DNA of 64,000 nucleotides from Verrucomicrobiota bacterium (GTDB taxonomy: Bacteria > Verrucomicrobiota > Verrucomicrobiia > Opitutales > Opitutaceae): positions 4,918 through 68,917 of the forward strand of contig JAEWNN010000136.1 of NCBI GenBank assembly GCA_023457035.1, in the 5' to 3' direction. The stretch's first letter is position 1; each line of letters begins with the position of its first letter. A program made the translations under genes and the position numbers. The notes under the pieces are model-generated. The model did not search any database, had not been told where the DNA came from, and saw only the letters and a program-made list of their open reading frames with translations. Below, piece by piece: positions 63,200 through 64,000 of the stretch.

Positions 63200-63300
63200 G
63201 TGAACCCAGGGCGCTGGGTTGAGATCGCGACACGTTCCGTCGCTCAAGCCTTCGAACCTGATGCGTCTAGCCACGCCGTAGGGAAAACAGGACTTGGGCC
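63200..63300 (+). promoter_or_regulatory. TPP (THI-box) riboswitch in the thiC leader
   Basis: The sequence is GGGCGCUGGGUUGAGAUCGCG...GCCUUCGAACCUGAUGCGUCUAGCCACGCCGUAGGGAAAAC. It contains the conserved UGAGA, AACCUGAU and CGUAGGGAA blocks about 60 nt upstream of the thiC ATG. Confidence 0.75.
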
Positions 63301-63360
63301 ACGCCCGAGGACTCTGGCTCCCTGCGTTGGGGCCGGGCGGATCGACAACCCTCCGCCACC

Positions 63361-64000
63361 ATGTCCTCGACCGCCGCTACCACTGATCCCACCGGGCACA
63401 CCGTTTTCCCGGGCTCCCGCCGTGTCTATCTCCCGGGCTCGCGTCCCGACCTGCGCGTGCCGATGCGCGAGATCACGCTCACGCCCACGCGCCTGCCCGA
63501 CGGCACCGAGATGCCCAACGACTCCGTCCGCGTTTACGACACCGCCGGGGCGTGGGGCGACCCGGCGTTCCACGGCGACTCGACCAAGGGCGTGCCGGCC
63601 CTGCGTGCCGCGTGGATCGCCGAGCGCGGCGACACCGAGCCCATCGCCGGCCGCGCCGTGTTGCCGCTCGACGACGGCTACCTTTCCGCCAAGCACCGCG
63701 ACCAGGCCGAACGCGACGGGAAACGCAACCCGCTCAAGCCCTTCGACCGCGCTGACCGCGCCACCCTGCGCGCCAAGCCCGGTGCCTGCGTCACGCAGAT
63801 GCACTACGCGCGCCGCGGGATCATCACACCGGAGATGGAGTTCGTCGCCATCCGCGAGAACATGCGTCTGCAGAGCTCGCGCGAGTTGCTGGAGATGACC
63901 GAGCAGGGCCCGCGCAACTCGCTCTTCCGCCAGCACGTCGGCCAGAACTTCGGCGCCGCCATCCCGCGCGAGATCACGCCGGAGTTCGTGCGCAGCGAGG
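63361..64000 (+). CDS. thiC: Phosphomethylpyrimidine synthase ThiC (5' part; runs off the right edge; absent from the ORF track)
   Basis: My own translation from ATG 63361 gives [40 protein letters not shown]...[24 protein letters not shown]... The frame is open to the end of the window. Confidence 0.9.
   Translation, partial: MSSTAATTDPTGHTVFPGSRRVYLPGSRPDLRVPMREITLTPTRLPDGTEMPNDSVRVYDTAGAWGDPAFHGDSTKGVPALRAAWIAERGDTEPIAGRAVLPLDDGYLSAKHRDQAERDGKRNPLKPFDRADRATLRAKPGACVTQMHYARRGIITPEMEFVAIRENMRLQSSRELLEMTEQGPRNSLFRQHVGQNFGAAIPREITPEFVRSE

Overview
High-GC bacterial chromosomal segment with strongly GC3-biased codons. I call about 57 protein-coding genes, one tRNA-Ser(GCU), one TPP riboswitch, several intrinsic terminators and three short-repeat families. 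No rRNA, CRISPR array, transposase or phage structural gene was seen. The gene content includes a PEP-CTERM protein, an EPS export set (beta-barrel, Wza-like, Wzc-like), FG-GAP/TPR lipoproteins and a Tat-signal GH5. This would fit a Verrucomicrobiota/Opitutales-like organism, but that is inference only.

Many of the longest ORFs in the supplied track are Arg/Gly/Pro-rich antisense or off-frame shadows of real genes. The real genes usually start at internal start codons, which I located by reading the sequence. Two real genes are missing from the track because they run off the window edges: a TPR-like gene at 1..1712 (-) and thiC at 63361..64000 (+).

Most of the window is housekeeping: serC, trpF, hisC, secG, deaD-like, rpsR, tsaC/sua5, menA, a potCDBA-like transporter, mazG, a Xer recombinase, prfB and thiC.

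Two accessory patches stand out:
- About 1.7-10.7 kb holds a decayed restriction/defence island. It contains an orphan HsdR-type helicase-nuclease, a collapsed mini-ORF, a YhcG/DUF1016 nuclease and a coupled TPR gene. Divergent from these sit a class II Fic and a low-GC Mrr. The Fic-Mrr-esterase block is bracketed by a diverged duplicate of the fic 5' region, and phased GATCGGCA repeats lie in the hsdR/fic promoter gap.
- About 47.0-51.0 kb holds a low-GC two-gene module (an ORF6N/KilA-N-type protein plus a 603-aa orphan). Next to it are an orphan threonyl-tRNA-synthetase C-terminal fragment and a SAM methyltransferase, both enclosed by identical 40-bp hairpin repeats.

Other notable signals:
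- The prfB +1 frameshift site uses CUU UAA C rather than CUU UGA C.
- Long in-register GGTGGRC heptad arrays sit in three co-directional intergenic spacers.
- REP-like GTRGG-hairpin elements lie just 3' of stop codons.
- A Dus gene has its conserved N-terminal motif upstream of the only canonical start codon.
- Seven gene pairs overlap by ATGA.

All functional calls rest on motif recognition by eye. No database search was run.
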